Source: Bdellovibrionota bacterium
Lineage (GTDB): Bacteria; Bdellovibrionota; UBA1018; CAIPTA01; JAALKR01
Direction of reading: 5' to 3'
DNA: 64,000 nucleotides
Assembly: GCA_965207455.1 (NCBI GenBank)
Contig: CBDBMJ010000001.1
Coordinates: 672,001-736,000, forward strand
The position numbers were made by a program, and so were the translations under genes. This document shows, piece by piece, positions 48,159 to 56,811 of the stretch. The notes under the pieces were generated by a model, which worked only from the letters and a program-made list of their open reading frames with translations, was not told where the DNA came from and did not search any database. Position 1 is the stretch's first letter, and the number at the start of each line of letters is the position of its first letter.

Positions 48159-49002
48159 AAAAATTTTCCCATTTATTTTTTAAATATGGAGGTACGGCAT
48201 CAGCACAGTCCGGGCAATAGCGCTCTCGTATGGAAAACTCTTTCTTGACCCTTGGATTGTGGATGGGTATCTGGCAAGCATTGCAGAAAGAGGTTGTTGT
48301 TTCCTGTAGATTCTTACCTACAGAAACACGTCCATCAAAAACAAAGCATTCTCCTTGATAGTGTTGGTTACCACATTTTTCAAAATATTTCAGAATCCCT
48401 CCATTGAGCTGGTAAACATCCTTAAAACCAAGATTCTTTAAGTAGGGGGCAGCCTTTTCACAACGAATACCTCCTGTACAATAGGTTACAATGGTCTTAT
48501 CTTTATATTTCCCGGGCAGCTGTTTGGCTGCTTTTTTAAAGTTAGTAAAGTTCTCCAGCTCTAAGTTTAGAGAATTTTTAAAAGCACCGAATTCTAGCTC
48601 GAAATCGTTTCGAATATCCATAACCACCATATCTTTTCTTTCATCATACCATTGCTTGAGTGTCTCAGGTGAAATATAAGAGGCAGGGGATTTGCCGGCA
48701 GAAAGAGGAGACTCTCGAAATGTAATAATCTCAGGTTTAATTTTTATAAACAAACGACGAAAGGGGTTTTCTGTACAAAAGTTTTGTTTATAGTCCAATG
48801 ATTCAAAGTGCTCCATAAATAATTGTAGTATGGGTTTTTTGTATAGTTTGGGGAAGGCGAGGGTAGTATTTACTCCTTCTGGGCTAAGAATTATCGTTCC
48901 CTTGCAGTTATATTGGGCAAGCTTGTGCTGGAAGGCTTCCTTTTTTTCCTCCAAGGCCTTAAGTGGCATAAATTTATAAAAGCTTAGAATAAAACTGGAC
49001 AT
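48115..49002 (-). CDS. trhO: tRNA uridine(34) hydroxylase TrhO-like rhodanese protein
   Basis: FYKF, EGVN, DIRNDFE..G.F, YCTGGIRCEKA, GGILKY, CFVFDGR. Confidence 0.85.
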   Translation of the reverse strand: MSSFILSFYKFMPLKALEEKKEAFQHKLAQYNCKGTIILSPEGVNTTLAFPKLYKKPILQLFMEHFESLDYKQNFCTENPFRRLFIKIKPEIITFRESPLSAGKSPASYISPETLKQWYDERKDMVVMDIRNDFELEFGAFKNSLNLELENFTNFKKAAKQLPGKYKDKTIVTYCTGGIRCEKAAPYLKNLGFKDVYQLNGGILKYFEKCGNQHYQGECFVFDGRVSVGKNLQETTTSFCNACQIPIHNPRVKKEFSIRERYCPDCADAVPPYLKNKWENFYEKTNQVLESKKSM

Positions 49003-49541
49003 TATAAAGGCTTTTTAGATTTGAGAACGGATAGGTGCTCCCGATAACCTAGTCGAATTTGGATAAATTCATTGTGGGTAAAGCCAATGGCCTTAGAAAT
49101 TACGCGAATCTCTTCATTTTCCACATTGCTGATACCATCCTCTGTCGCTAACTGGAATAATGCTTCTAAGAGTTTTTTCTTTTGTTCTGGACTCCCATAT
49201 TGCTTTACCCGCTCCCAAACCTCATAGTCCTCCAGGGTGTTGCGCAGGGTGGACTCTATGGCGAGTCGAGCCACCTCTTGAGCCTGTTTTTCGGTCAACC
49301 CCAAATTACTTTTTAAAATATGATACAGGCTGTCTTTTTCTTTTTGGGATATCTCGGAATCTGCATACGCTACCTGTCCCAGGAGTAGGGCCACAGCAGC
49401 GATATAATAGGCTTGGTTTTGGGTCAATTCCTCTAAAACGAGTTCTATACGCTTTAGATCATCCTCTTCTTTTGGAGAGAGTTGGACTGATGATTCAGAT
49501 TTATTAGAATTGGAGGAAAAGAAGGAATCAAAGAAGCCCAT
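49002..49541 (-). CDS. TerB family protein
   Basis: VAYADSEISQKE...DGISNVENEEIRVI. Confidence 0.8.
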   Translation of the reverse strand: MGFFDSFFSSNSNKSESSVQLSPKEEDDLKRIELVLEELTQNQAYYIAAVALLLGQVAYADSEISQKEKDSLYHILKSNLGLTEKQAQEVARLAIESTLRNTLEDYEVWERVKQYGSPEQKKKLLEALFQLATEDGISNVENEEIRVISKAIGFTHNEFIQIRLGYREHLSVLKSKKPL

Positions 49542-49618
49542 AGTTCCTTTTTTATCACTGAAAAAGGTAGCTTACAAGCAATTGAGTACTTTAGGGTGTA
49601 TTTCCAGCTATGCATAAA

Positions 49619-49646
49619 AGGTCTGATAATATATATTATGTAATAA
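49619..49646 (+). other. dif-like Xer recombination site
   Basis: AGGTCTGATAA-TATATA-TTATGTAATAA: 11-6-11 layout, intergenic, resembles E. coli dif GGTGCGCATAA-TGTATA-TTATGTTAAAT. Confidence 0.65.
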
Positions 49647-49711
49647 ATGGATCCATGTGTCTACTGCTGAAATATAATCCTACTGGGTGCGGTCTATGAT
49701 AAGGAGTTAAT

Positions 49712-50320
49712 ATGTTTGAATCCATTACCGAACTCCTGCTCAATTTTTCTGGTCTTCAAGCCTATTTTGCTGTTTTTTTTGCGCTCTTAATTTGCGGTCT
49801 GGGATTGCCCCTGCCAGAGGACATTACTTTGTTTGGAGCTGGTCTTTTGGCTTACTATGGTTTGGTGAATGTGCACGCTATGGTAGTTCTTTCCGTGTGG
49901 GGTGTTTTATTTGGTGACTCCCTTACCTTTGCTCTTGGCTATTACTATGGTCCGAAGCTACGAAAGTACTGGCCGTTTAGGAGAATATTGTCCGACGGTC
50001 GCTTTAACGAATTAAAGCAACGCTTTCAGGAAAGGGGCAATAAGGTTATTTTTGCTGGTCGTTTTATGCCCGGCCTCAGGGCTCCCATATTTTTCACAGC
50101 AGGTACTATTCACCTTCCCTATCGTGTTTTTCTTTTTTATAACGGTTTAGCAACTTTCATTAGTGTGCCTCTTATTATTTATGCTGTCTTTTATTTTGGA
50201 GATGAGGTGGAGCGTGTATTCAAGGTTATTCGAGGTATAGAGTATGGTATTCTTGCTTTTATTCTCATTCTCATTGCTCTATTGGTTGTTCGGTATATTT
50301 ACAAAAAAAGGCATCAGTAG
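49712..50320 (+). CDS. DedA family membrane protein
   Basis: GLGLPLPEDITL, GD...G, GRFMPGLR. Confidence 0.9.
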   Translation: MFESITELLLNFSGLQAYFAVFFALLICGLGLPLPEDITLFGAGLLAYYGLVNVHAMVVLSVWGVLFGDSLTFALGYYYGPKLRKYWPFRRILSDGRFNELKQRFQERGNKVIFAGRFMPGLRAPIFFTAGTIHLPYRVFLFYNGLATFISVPLIIYAVFYFGDEVERVFKVIRGIEYGILAFILILIALLVVRYIYKKRHQ

Positions 50321-50324
50321 AGTA

Positions 50325-51782
50325 TTATTTTTTCCATACAGTGGAAATAAGTTCGTCCCTTTCGGCAGCGAGTTCTACTAAGGCAATTTTATAATTTACA
50401 ATGGATTGGCTTTTTTCAGTACGAGACATATAGAGTGCATTGTAATCCTGTATTAGCTGACTACTATCAATTTTTCCCATTTGAAAATCCTTCTCTTCAG
50501 CTTGGACCACACGGCTCCGTAGTTTAGCTTCTTCGATAGCTGCTTTGGCGCCGGCATATAAGTGTTTTATTTTTAAAAGATTAATTTCCAAAGCCTTTAT
50601 TTTCTTTTCTTCTACATCCAATAGATTGGTTTGTGCCTCCTGTACTTGAATTTCTTTAAAGGCTCGTTGGGATTTGTGCAGATTAGAAGCAAAGGGCCAG
50701 GTGAATTCCAAGCCTATGGAATGTGAGGGATTTTCATTGTCTGTGACTTCTCTATATGCTTCCTTAGCCACTGAGTGTACGCCATTTCTTTGGTATTTCG
50801 CCACTAGGTTTAAGGTTGGCAGGGTATTTTGTTGAGTAAAATCTCGCTCTAGCATTGCTTGTTCTAGCCTTAGTTTTGCGCTTTCCACCGCTTTTTTGTT
50901 TTTTGGAGTATTTTTTTTATCCAATGGAGGGAGTTCTTCTTTTACATCAAAATTTATTTTTTCTTGGGGAATATTTAAGAATAGCAATAATTCCTTGGAG
51001 TTTTTCCTGTAGGCAAAGCGAGCAATTTCTAGATTTCTATTTTGGGACTCTAGGACAGCTCTTGCTCTATACAGGTCCGCTTTGGTGGCAATACCTAGTT
51101 TTTCTTTTTTTCTTAGTGTGCGTACAAGTTGCACATATTTATTATAAGCAGATGTGGCATTTTTCAACCGTTGGTTACTCATGTAGGTTTGCCAGAATAG
51201 TCTTGTGGTAGTTAGGAGGAGCTCTTCTATGGATTCTTCTTTATTCAATTCTGCAATTTTTATGTCGTATTTTGCAGACTTTTCTTTACCGCGATCCACA
51301 TAGCCAAAAAAGTTGCGAAGCAATGGTTGCTGTAGGGAAAATTCCAGTTTATTTTCAAATTGTACGGGAGGCGTGCCTAAATTAATAAATGTGGGGTTTA
51401 ACTCGCTTTTTAGTTTTAATTTAGTAAAGGAAAGATCGAGGGCAGTACCCGTGAAAAACTTTTTACGCAAACCTAATTTCCAAGCCGTGGTTCTATCCTG
51501 TTCGTTGGAGAATTTACTAAAGGAGTCTGTACGGCTTTTTTGATAACTAGCGGAGGCAAAAAACTGGGGATCAAAGACTGCTTGAGCTTGACCAAGAGCA
51601 AGCCTTGATTTTTGTGAATTGAATCGAATGATTTGTATTTGTTTATTTTTCTCCCAAGCTAATTTTCGGGCGATCTCAGGATTAAGACTCATAGCAGCAA
51701 GTGAGGTGTGCGGTATGATGAGAAAGATTAAGCTAGTCCATAGAGTAAAAAAATAAAAAAGCATTTCGACCCTCCAATTCAT
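50325..51782 (-). CDS. TolC family outer-membrane protein
   Basis: Signal peptide; LQQPLLRNF and LPTLNL segments; helical heptad repeats. Confidence 0.85.
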   Translation of the reverse strand: MNWRVEMLFYFFTLWTSLIFLIIPHTSLAAMSLNPEIARKLAWEKNKQIQIIRFNSQKSRLALGQAQAVFDPQFFASASYQKSRTDSFSKFSNEQDRTTAWKLGLRKKFFTGTALDLSFTKLKLKSELNPTFINLGTPPVQFENKLEFSLQQPLLRNFFGYVDRGKEKSAKYDIKIAELNKEESIEELLLTTTRLFWQTYMSNQRLKNATSAYNKYVQLVRTLRKKEKLGIATKADLYRARAVLESQNRNLEIARFAYRKNSKELLLFLNIPQEKINFDVKEELPPLDKKNTPKNKKAVESAKLRLEQAMLERDFTQQNTLPTLNLVAKYQRNGVHSVAKEAYREVTDNENPSHSIGLEFTWPFASNLHKSQRAFKEIQVQEAQTNLLDVEEKKIKALEINLLKIKHLYAGAKAAIEEAKLRSRVVQAEEKDFQMGKIDSSQLIQDYNALYMSRTEKSQSIVNYKIALVELAAERDELISTVWKK

Positions 51783-51829
51783 GACTGACTGTAATATAAT
51801 AAGATAGGAGTTTCAATAGGATTTAGTCG

Positions 51830-52492
51830 ATGACAGGTAAAATTATACCCTTTCCAGACCCGCGCTATTTTTCTGGCGTAGATGGCATTGTCTATGTTGG
51901 AGGAAGCCTCAATACCCAAACATTGGCACAAGCCTATTCATTGGGTATTTTCCCATGGCCTGTGGAGGGCTATCCCCTACTCTGGCACTGCCCTGAAGAA
52001 CGGGGTATTTTAGATTTTAGCAAACTCCATATACCCAAAAGTCTCCAGCGTTTCCAGCGTAAATCAAACTATACATTTTCTTTTAATCGAGCTTTTCCGG
52101 AAGTTATCAAAAATTGTGCAAAGAAAAAACGTTTGAAGCAGGATGGTACCTGGATTACTCCTGAAATTATTTCTGCGTATATCGATTTCCATAAGGCTGG
52201 CTATGCCCATAGTGTGGAGTGCTGGGATGGGAATAAACTTATTGCAGGCCTCTATGGTGTGTATGTTGATGGCTTGTTTAGCGGAGAAAGCATGTTTGCC
52301 CATGTTTCCAATGCTTCCAAGCTTTGTTTATTGAAGCTTATTGAGCAATTGGATTCTTGGCATCATCAATGGATGGATATACAAATGCTCACTCCTATTA
52401 CAGAAGCGCTTGGTGGAGAGTATATTTCTCGATTGGATTTTTTAAATCGTAAGGATAGGCTACTGGGGAAAAAAAGCAGCTTACAGTTTTAA
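51830..52492 (+). CDS. aat: leucyl/phenylalanyl-tRNA--protein transferase
   Basis: AYSLGIFPWP, GTWIT, AHSVECW, GLYGV, FSGESMF, NASK. Confidence 0.93.
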   Translation: MTGKIIPFPDPRYFSGVDGIVYVGGSLNTQTLAQAYSLGIFPWPVEGYPLLWHCPEERGILDFSKLHIPKSLQRFQRKSNYTFSFNRAFPEVIKNCAKKKRLKQDGTWITPEIISAYIDFHKAGYAHSVECWDGNKLIAGLYGVYVDGLFSGESMFAHVSNASKLCLLKLIEQLDSWHHQWMDIQMLTPITEALGGEYISRLDFLNRKDRLLGKKSSLQF

Positions 52493-52512
52493 GGTCTGTT
52501 GCTATCTTAGGA

Positions 52513-53703
52513 TTAGTTTTTTCGACTGATTTTGGAGAAGGCTTGTAGATGGTATTGGTATACTCGTCCATAGTGAGACACAATATAAAAATTATTTTTT
52601 GATTTAGCAATACTAGCATAAGTGCCTGAAGAATTGCCTAGGCTGGTGAAGTCTAAGAGTTTTCCATTGCTTGCATTGAAGGCATAGATGTAGTTATTGG
52701 AGCTAGCCACTATAAGTGTGTTACTTTTTTTCTTTGCCTTTTTAGAGGAAGGAATGATGGTTATTCCTGTGGGAATTCCCTGAGGTAGTAAAAACTTCCA
52801 ACGGAGTTTCCCCGTTTTTTCATGGATAGCGTATATATGTCCATCTGAGGATGGAAGAAAAACGAGTCTATTTGTAAGACGGGAAATTAAAGGACTGTGA
52901 GCTCCTCCTGCGGGAAATTTCCAAATTAAGGAGCCATTCCTTTTTATATAGCGGAGTTTTCCATCATAGGTAACAATAAAAACCCCTCTTTTCCAAGCAA
53001 CGGGTTTGGCGTTTATATTTTGGAATTTAGGATTATCTTTGTAGCGACTTTCTCGAATTATGGAACCATCATTGGGCTCTAACACCACAAGGGAGCCATC
53101 ACTAAAGCCTACCCAGATTTTTCCCCTGAGAAAGAGAGGGTTGCCTCCTCCCTTAATACTTAAATTTGGATTGTGGCGATGGAAGGCCCATAAGTGTTTC
53201 CCTGTGAAGGAATCCAGTGCGTGTATTGTGTGGTCTTCTGTGTTCACAAATATTCTTCCACCAGCTAATATGGGAGCACCCACAGTCGGAAATTTCAGAT
53301 CGGCACGCCATATCTCTGCGCCACTTTCTAACTTGAGGGCATAAAATCCATTGTCTCCACCCACAAATAAAGTTTTCTTTGTTAGTAGTACACTGGAAGA
53401 GGAACTGCCATATTTTTCTTTTTGCCAAATCACCTCTCCCGTATTTTTATTGAGAGCCATTACCCCAAATCGATCTGAGCTATAGAATAGATAATTCTTA
53501 TAAATTCGAGGACTGGAAAAATTTAAAGCAGGAATACCTGCTTTCATCTTTAACCAAACTTTTTCTGATTCCATATAGGACCAGCCTCTCTGGATAGTGC
53601 CAGGTTTTGTGCGTACTATTTTAAAAGAGGAAGGACTGCAAGCCCCGAGTAAGAACACGGAAACCAATATAAAGAAGTTGTTACGATAGAAAGTATAAGT
53701 CAT
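52513..53703 (-). CDS. BamB-like PQQ-repeat beta-propeller lipoprotein
   Basis: Lipobox LLGAC; repeated A(L)D..TG...W motifs; follows a YfgM-like TPR gene. Confidence 0.8.
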   Translation of the reverse strand: MTYTFYRNNFFILVSVFLLGACSPSSFKIVRTKPGTIQRGWSYMESEKVWLKMKAGIPALNFSSPRIYKNYLFYSSDRFGVMALNKNTGEVIWQKEKYGSSSSSVLLTKKTLFVGGDNGFYALKLESGAEIWRADLKFPTVGAPILAGGRIFVNTEDHTIHALDSFTGKHLWAFHRHNPNLSIKGGGNPLFLRGKIWVGFSDGSLVVLEPNDGSIIRESRYKDNPKFQNINAKPVAWKRGVFIVTYDGKLRYIKRNGSLIWKFPAGGAHSPLISRLTNRLVFLPSSDGHIYAIHEKTGKLRWKFLLPQGIPTGITIIPSSKKAKKKSNTLIVASSNNYIYAFNASNGKLLDFTSLGNSSGTYASIAKSKNNFYIVSHYGRVYQYHLQAFSKISRKN

Positions 53704-53710
53704 TGATTTT

Positions 53711-54346
53711 TTAAGGAGTATTTTTAATGCTTTCATACAATACACCAGCAGCTTTTCCATAGTAGGGTTCATTTTTATAGTTTGTTTGAATTTTTTTATA
53801 CAGTTCTTTAGCTTCTTTGTACTTATTTATAGCCTCATAGCAACGTCCTTGGGCCATCCATACTTCGGGACGCAAAAACAGACCGTCCTTTATTTTCACT
53901 GTATTTTCATAGCTTTCAATAGCTTTCTTATAGTTTTTGTTCATTTCGTAAGTAGTGGCTAAAGTATAAAAGGCCAAGGATTTGGAGAAATTGTCGGGAG
54001 CTGCTTCCACTGCCATTTTATAGACTTCTATTGCTGGCGTGTATTTTTTCAGGGCATAGTAAATATCGCCTTTCGCTATCATGGACTGATAGGCTCCACG
54101 GGTTCCTTTATATTGTTCTATAATAGTATCGAGTAAAGGTATCCCTTTAGTAATCTTCTCTTCTTCCTTAATATCTTTGGTCTTTTGATAGGCGGAGAAA
54201 AAAGCGCCGATGGCTTTTTGATCCCTGGCATTTTGTTTCTCTAAAGACATAAACACCAGCACTAAAATCGCAATAACAGCCCCTACAGCCCAGGTAAGAG
54301 ACTTAATATTCTCCGTAAAGAATTTTCCCCAACTACTGTCTTCCAT
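53711..54346 (-). CDS. membrane-anchored TPR protein (YfgM-like)
   Basis: N-terminal TM helix plus TPR repeats; upstream of the bamB-like gene. Confidence 0.78.
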   Translation of the reverse strand: MEDSSWGKFFTENIKSLTWAVGAVIAILVLVFMSLEKQNARDQKAIGAFFSAYQKTKDIKEEEKITKGIPLLDTIIEQYKGTRGAYQSMIAKGDIYYALKKYTPAIEVYKMAVEAAPDNFSKSLAFYTLATTYEMNKNYKKAIESYENTVKIKDGLFLRPEVWMAQGRCYEAINKYKEAKELYKKIQTNYKNEPYYGKAAGVLYESIKNTP

Positions 54347-54545
54347 AACTATTTTACCTCCTCGTTATTTTGTACCTTCTTATGCTAACACTGATAAAGT
54401 GATTTTATAAAAAGGTTTTTATGAAAAGAATTACTGGGTTGCGGAGCGGCGCATGGCATTATGAAGCGCATTTTTATTCAGTAGTTTTTGCTAATAGGAG
54501 GATTTCATTTTTATTTTTAATCACGGGACGTTACACTTTTATATA

Positions 54546-55259
54546 GTGATGATGTATTTTAAACCTCTATTCTTGTGCCTGTTGTGCTTCATCCTTGGCT
54601 CTACCCCCGGGCTTGCTCAAAATGCACCTGAGGGAGAGTACCAAAATCCTTTCTCGGACTATGTTCCCTTTGAAGATGAGTATGAGGTGGACGAAGACGA
54701 GCGTTTTATGTATTTTGGTCGATTTTTTGGGGTAAGTGTGGGTACAGGTTCGCAGTTTTTTGGCGGTAATATCGGTCGTTTATATAACTTAGCTCTTCCC
54801 ACGTTTGAGGTTCGTCTACTCTATTTTTTTGACTTTAGGATGGTGGGACAAGCTTCTGTTAGTTCTGCCAACCACGCATTTCATGCTGTGCCCAATAATT
54901 TTGTAGAGGTAAATCTTTTACGTGTTAATGTGGATTTTAAATATTACCTAGAAACGAGTAATCTTAGTGCTGATCTTACCTCGACTAACCCATACCTTAT
55001 AGCTGGTGTAGGGCAAATAACTCGAACTCAGGTATTTCACGACTTAGATTTTGTGGGAAAAGACAGGGCTTTAGCTATTTCTGTGGGTGGAGGTTTGGAA
55101 ATTGCACTCCAGTCGCGAAAAACTAGCATTGGTATAGAAGCGCGTGTTCACCAAGTTTTCTTCAAGGATCGGTTTGAAGAGGAGTACTTAGCTAGCGGCA
55201 TACCCGATACCACAGGTCCATTGTTCTCTTCTTATGTGGGAATTCTATTCTTTTTCTGA
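54546..55259 (+). CDS. putative outer-membrane beta-barrel protein
   Basis: Signal peptide; NPYLIAGVG, VGGGLE amphipathic strands; C-terminal Phe. Confidence 0.72.
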   Translation: MMMYFKPLFLCLLCFILGSTPGLAQNAPEGEYQNPFSDYVPFEDEYEVDEDERFMYFGRFFGVSVGTGSQFFGGNIGRLYNLALPTFEVRLLYFFDFRMVGQASVSSANHAFHAVPNNFVEVNLLRVNVDFKYYLETSNLSADLTSTNPYLIAGVGQITRTQVFHDLDFVGKDRALAISVGGGLEIALQSRKTSIGIEARVHQVFFKDRFEEEYLASGIPDTTGPLFSSYVGILFFF

Positions 55260-55393
55260 CGATAAGCACAAAAAACACAATGCTTGCAGTCATTTTTCTA
55301 AGAGCTAGTTTTTATTGATTTTTTACCTCTATCTTCATTGTATTTTTAAATTCATTATTTTTTATGCGTCGCATTGATTTTTTTCATGCATCA

Positions 55394-55483
55394 CATTAAA
55401 TTTATTTTATGCAATATATAAAAAATTGTATTGACAGAGTTGATGCCCCTAAGTTAAAAGTCCTAAATTAACTGATTGCACAA
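55394..55483 (+). promoter_or_regulatory. duplicated promoter module, copy 1
   Basis: Close match to 56337-56424; contains TATTGACAG.GTTGATGC and AATTAACTGATTGCACAA. Confidence 0.75.
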
Positions 55484-55544
55484 ATAGTATTTAAGGTTAA
55501 GTACTGTAGGTGTAATTACAACAACAATAAAAAGGAGAATAAAA

Positions 55545-56075
55545 ATGAAAATAACAAAAACAATAATATGTGCAACAACATTGGCTTTAGTATCTACAGG
55601 TGCTTGGGCTAGTGATTCATCTGGTTCATTTGGTAACTGGTTTGAAGCTACATCTGGTTCTACTGGTGGTGGAGAGGCAGCTGCTGAAGACAATGAAATG
55701 AGTGACGGTGCTGTTAGCCCTGAAATGAGTAAAAAATGGGGCAGTAGCACTGAAGGATCATCTCAAGGAGTATCTGATAGTAGTGGTAACGTCGTTGAAG
55801 ATGTCGCTGATACTGGAAAAGAAGTTGTTAATACAGGTGAGAAAGCTGTTAGTTCTAGCTTAGATAATCTTGGAGGATCATCTGAAGGAGTATCTGATAG
55901 TAGTGGTAACGCCGTTGAAGATGTTGCTGATGCTGGAAAAGAAGTTGTTAATAAAGGTAAGGATGCTGCTGGTTCTAGCTCGAAGAATGTTTCAGGATCT
56001 TCAACTGGTGAAAATGCTCAACCACCAACAGTTGAGGAAGAAAAAGAACGAGGAATAAACAGACCAAATAGGTAA
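55545..56075 (+). CDS. secreted low-complexity protein with a 40-aa internal repeat
   Basis: AAGGAG RBS, signal peptide ending AWA, Ser/Gly/acidic composition; 120-nt repeat at ~55752-55860 and ~55872-55980. Confidence 0.8.
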   Translation: MKITKTIICATTLALVSTGAWASDSSGSFGNWFEATSGSTGGGEAAAEDNEMSDGAVSPEMSKKWGSSTEGSSQGVSDSSGNVVEDVADTGKEVVNTGEKAVSSSLDNLGGSSEGVSDSSGNAVEDVADAGKEVVNKGKDAAGSSSKNVSGSSTGENAQPPTVEEEKERGINRPNR

Positions 56076-56113
56076 TTTATCAATTACTGTTTGACATGTT
56101 ATAGATAGTATAT

Positions 56114-56147
56114 AAAAGATCCCCCGCTTTTTAGGGGGATTTTTTTT
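56114..56147 (+). terminator. rho-independent terminator
   Basis: ATCCCCC / GGGGGAT stem followed by a T-run. Confidence 0.8.
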
Positions 56148-56336
56148 GTTCTCAAAATAGCACCTCAGTTCAACAAGCTTTCTTTAGAGTTCGTCTTGAT
56201 TTGATGCGTTATTTCATGACTATGTGCATTTTAAAATGCATGATGCGCACAGTCAGTCTCCTTAAATAACCAGTTTTATTAGCTTTCTAGGTTGATAATA
56301 TTTGTATTTTTAAATCCACCATATTTTAGCTTGATG

Positions 56337-56424
56337 CATTAAATTTATTTTGTGCGATATATAAAAATCTATTGACAGGGTTGATGCTCGTAGGCTAAAA
56401 CTTCAGAATTAACTGATTGCACAA
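56337..56424 (+). promoter_or_regulatory. duplicated promoter module, copy 2
   Basis: Partner of 55394-55483. Confidence 0.75.
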
Positions 56425-56490
56425 TTTTCCAATCTCTTTAGAGAGGGGACTTTTGAAACTTTAATAAAGATTTAAGAAGGAAGAAATATA

Positions 56491-56811
56491 ATGAAAAAAA
56501 CACTATCAATTTTAGCTTTGCTTTTGATTTCTTTGAATGCCCCCGCTAATCAATTTCCTCCATCAGATATAGATAATCAATGGGGGGATTTTTATATTCA
56601 AACTGAAAAGGCTTGGAATTACCCACAGAATTCAATGTTTCTTTATACAGCATTTATAAGTGTAGCTATGCTTTGCAAAAAAGACTTGGAAGAAACATAC
56701 CCATACACTCCTGGTGACAAGGTGCAGGTAGAGGATATGGCTACAATTGTAAATGAGCTTTATCACAATCGTGCTTGTCCCAAACAATTAAGAGTAAAAG
56801 AAAGTGAGTGA
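56491..56811 (+). CDS. small exported hypothetical protein
   Basis: Signal peptide MKKTLSILALLLISLNAPA; two Cys. Confidence 0.72.
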   Translation: MKKTLSILALLLISLNAPANQFPPSDIDNQWGDFYIQTEKAWNYPQNSMFLYTAFISVAMLCKKDLEETYPYTPGDKVQVEDMATIVNELYHNRACPKQLRVKESE

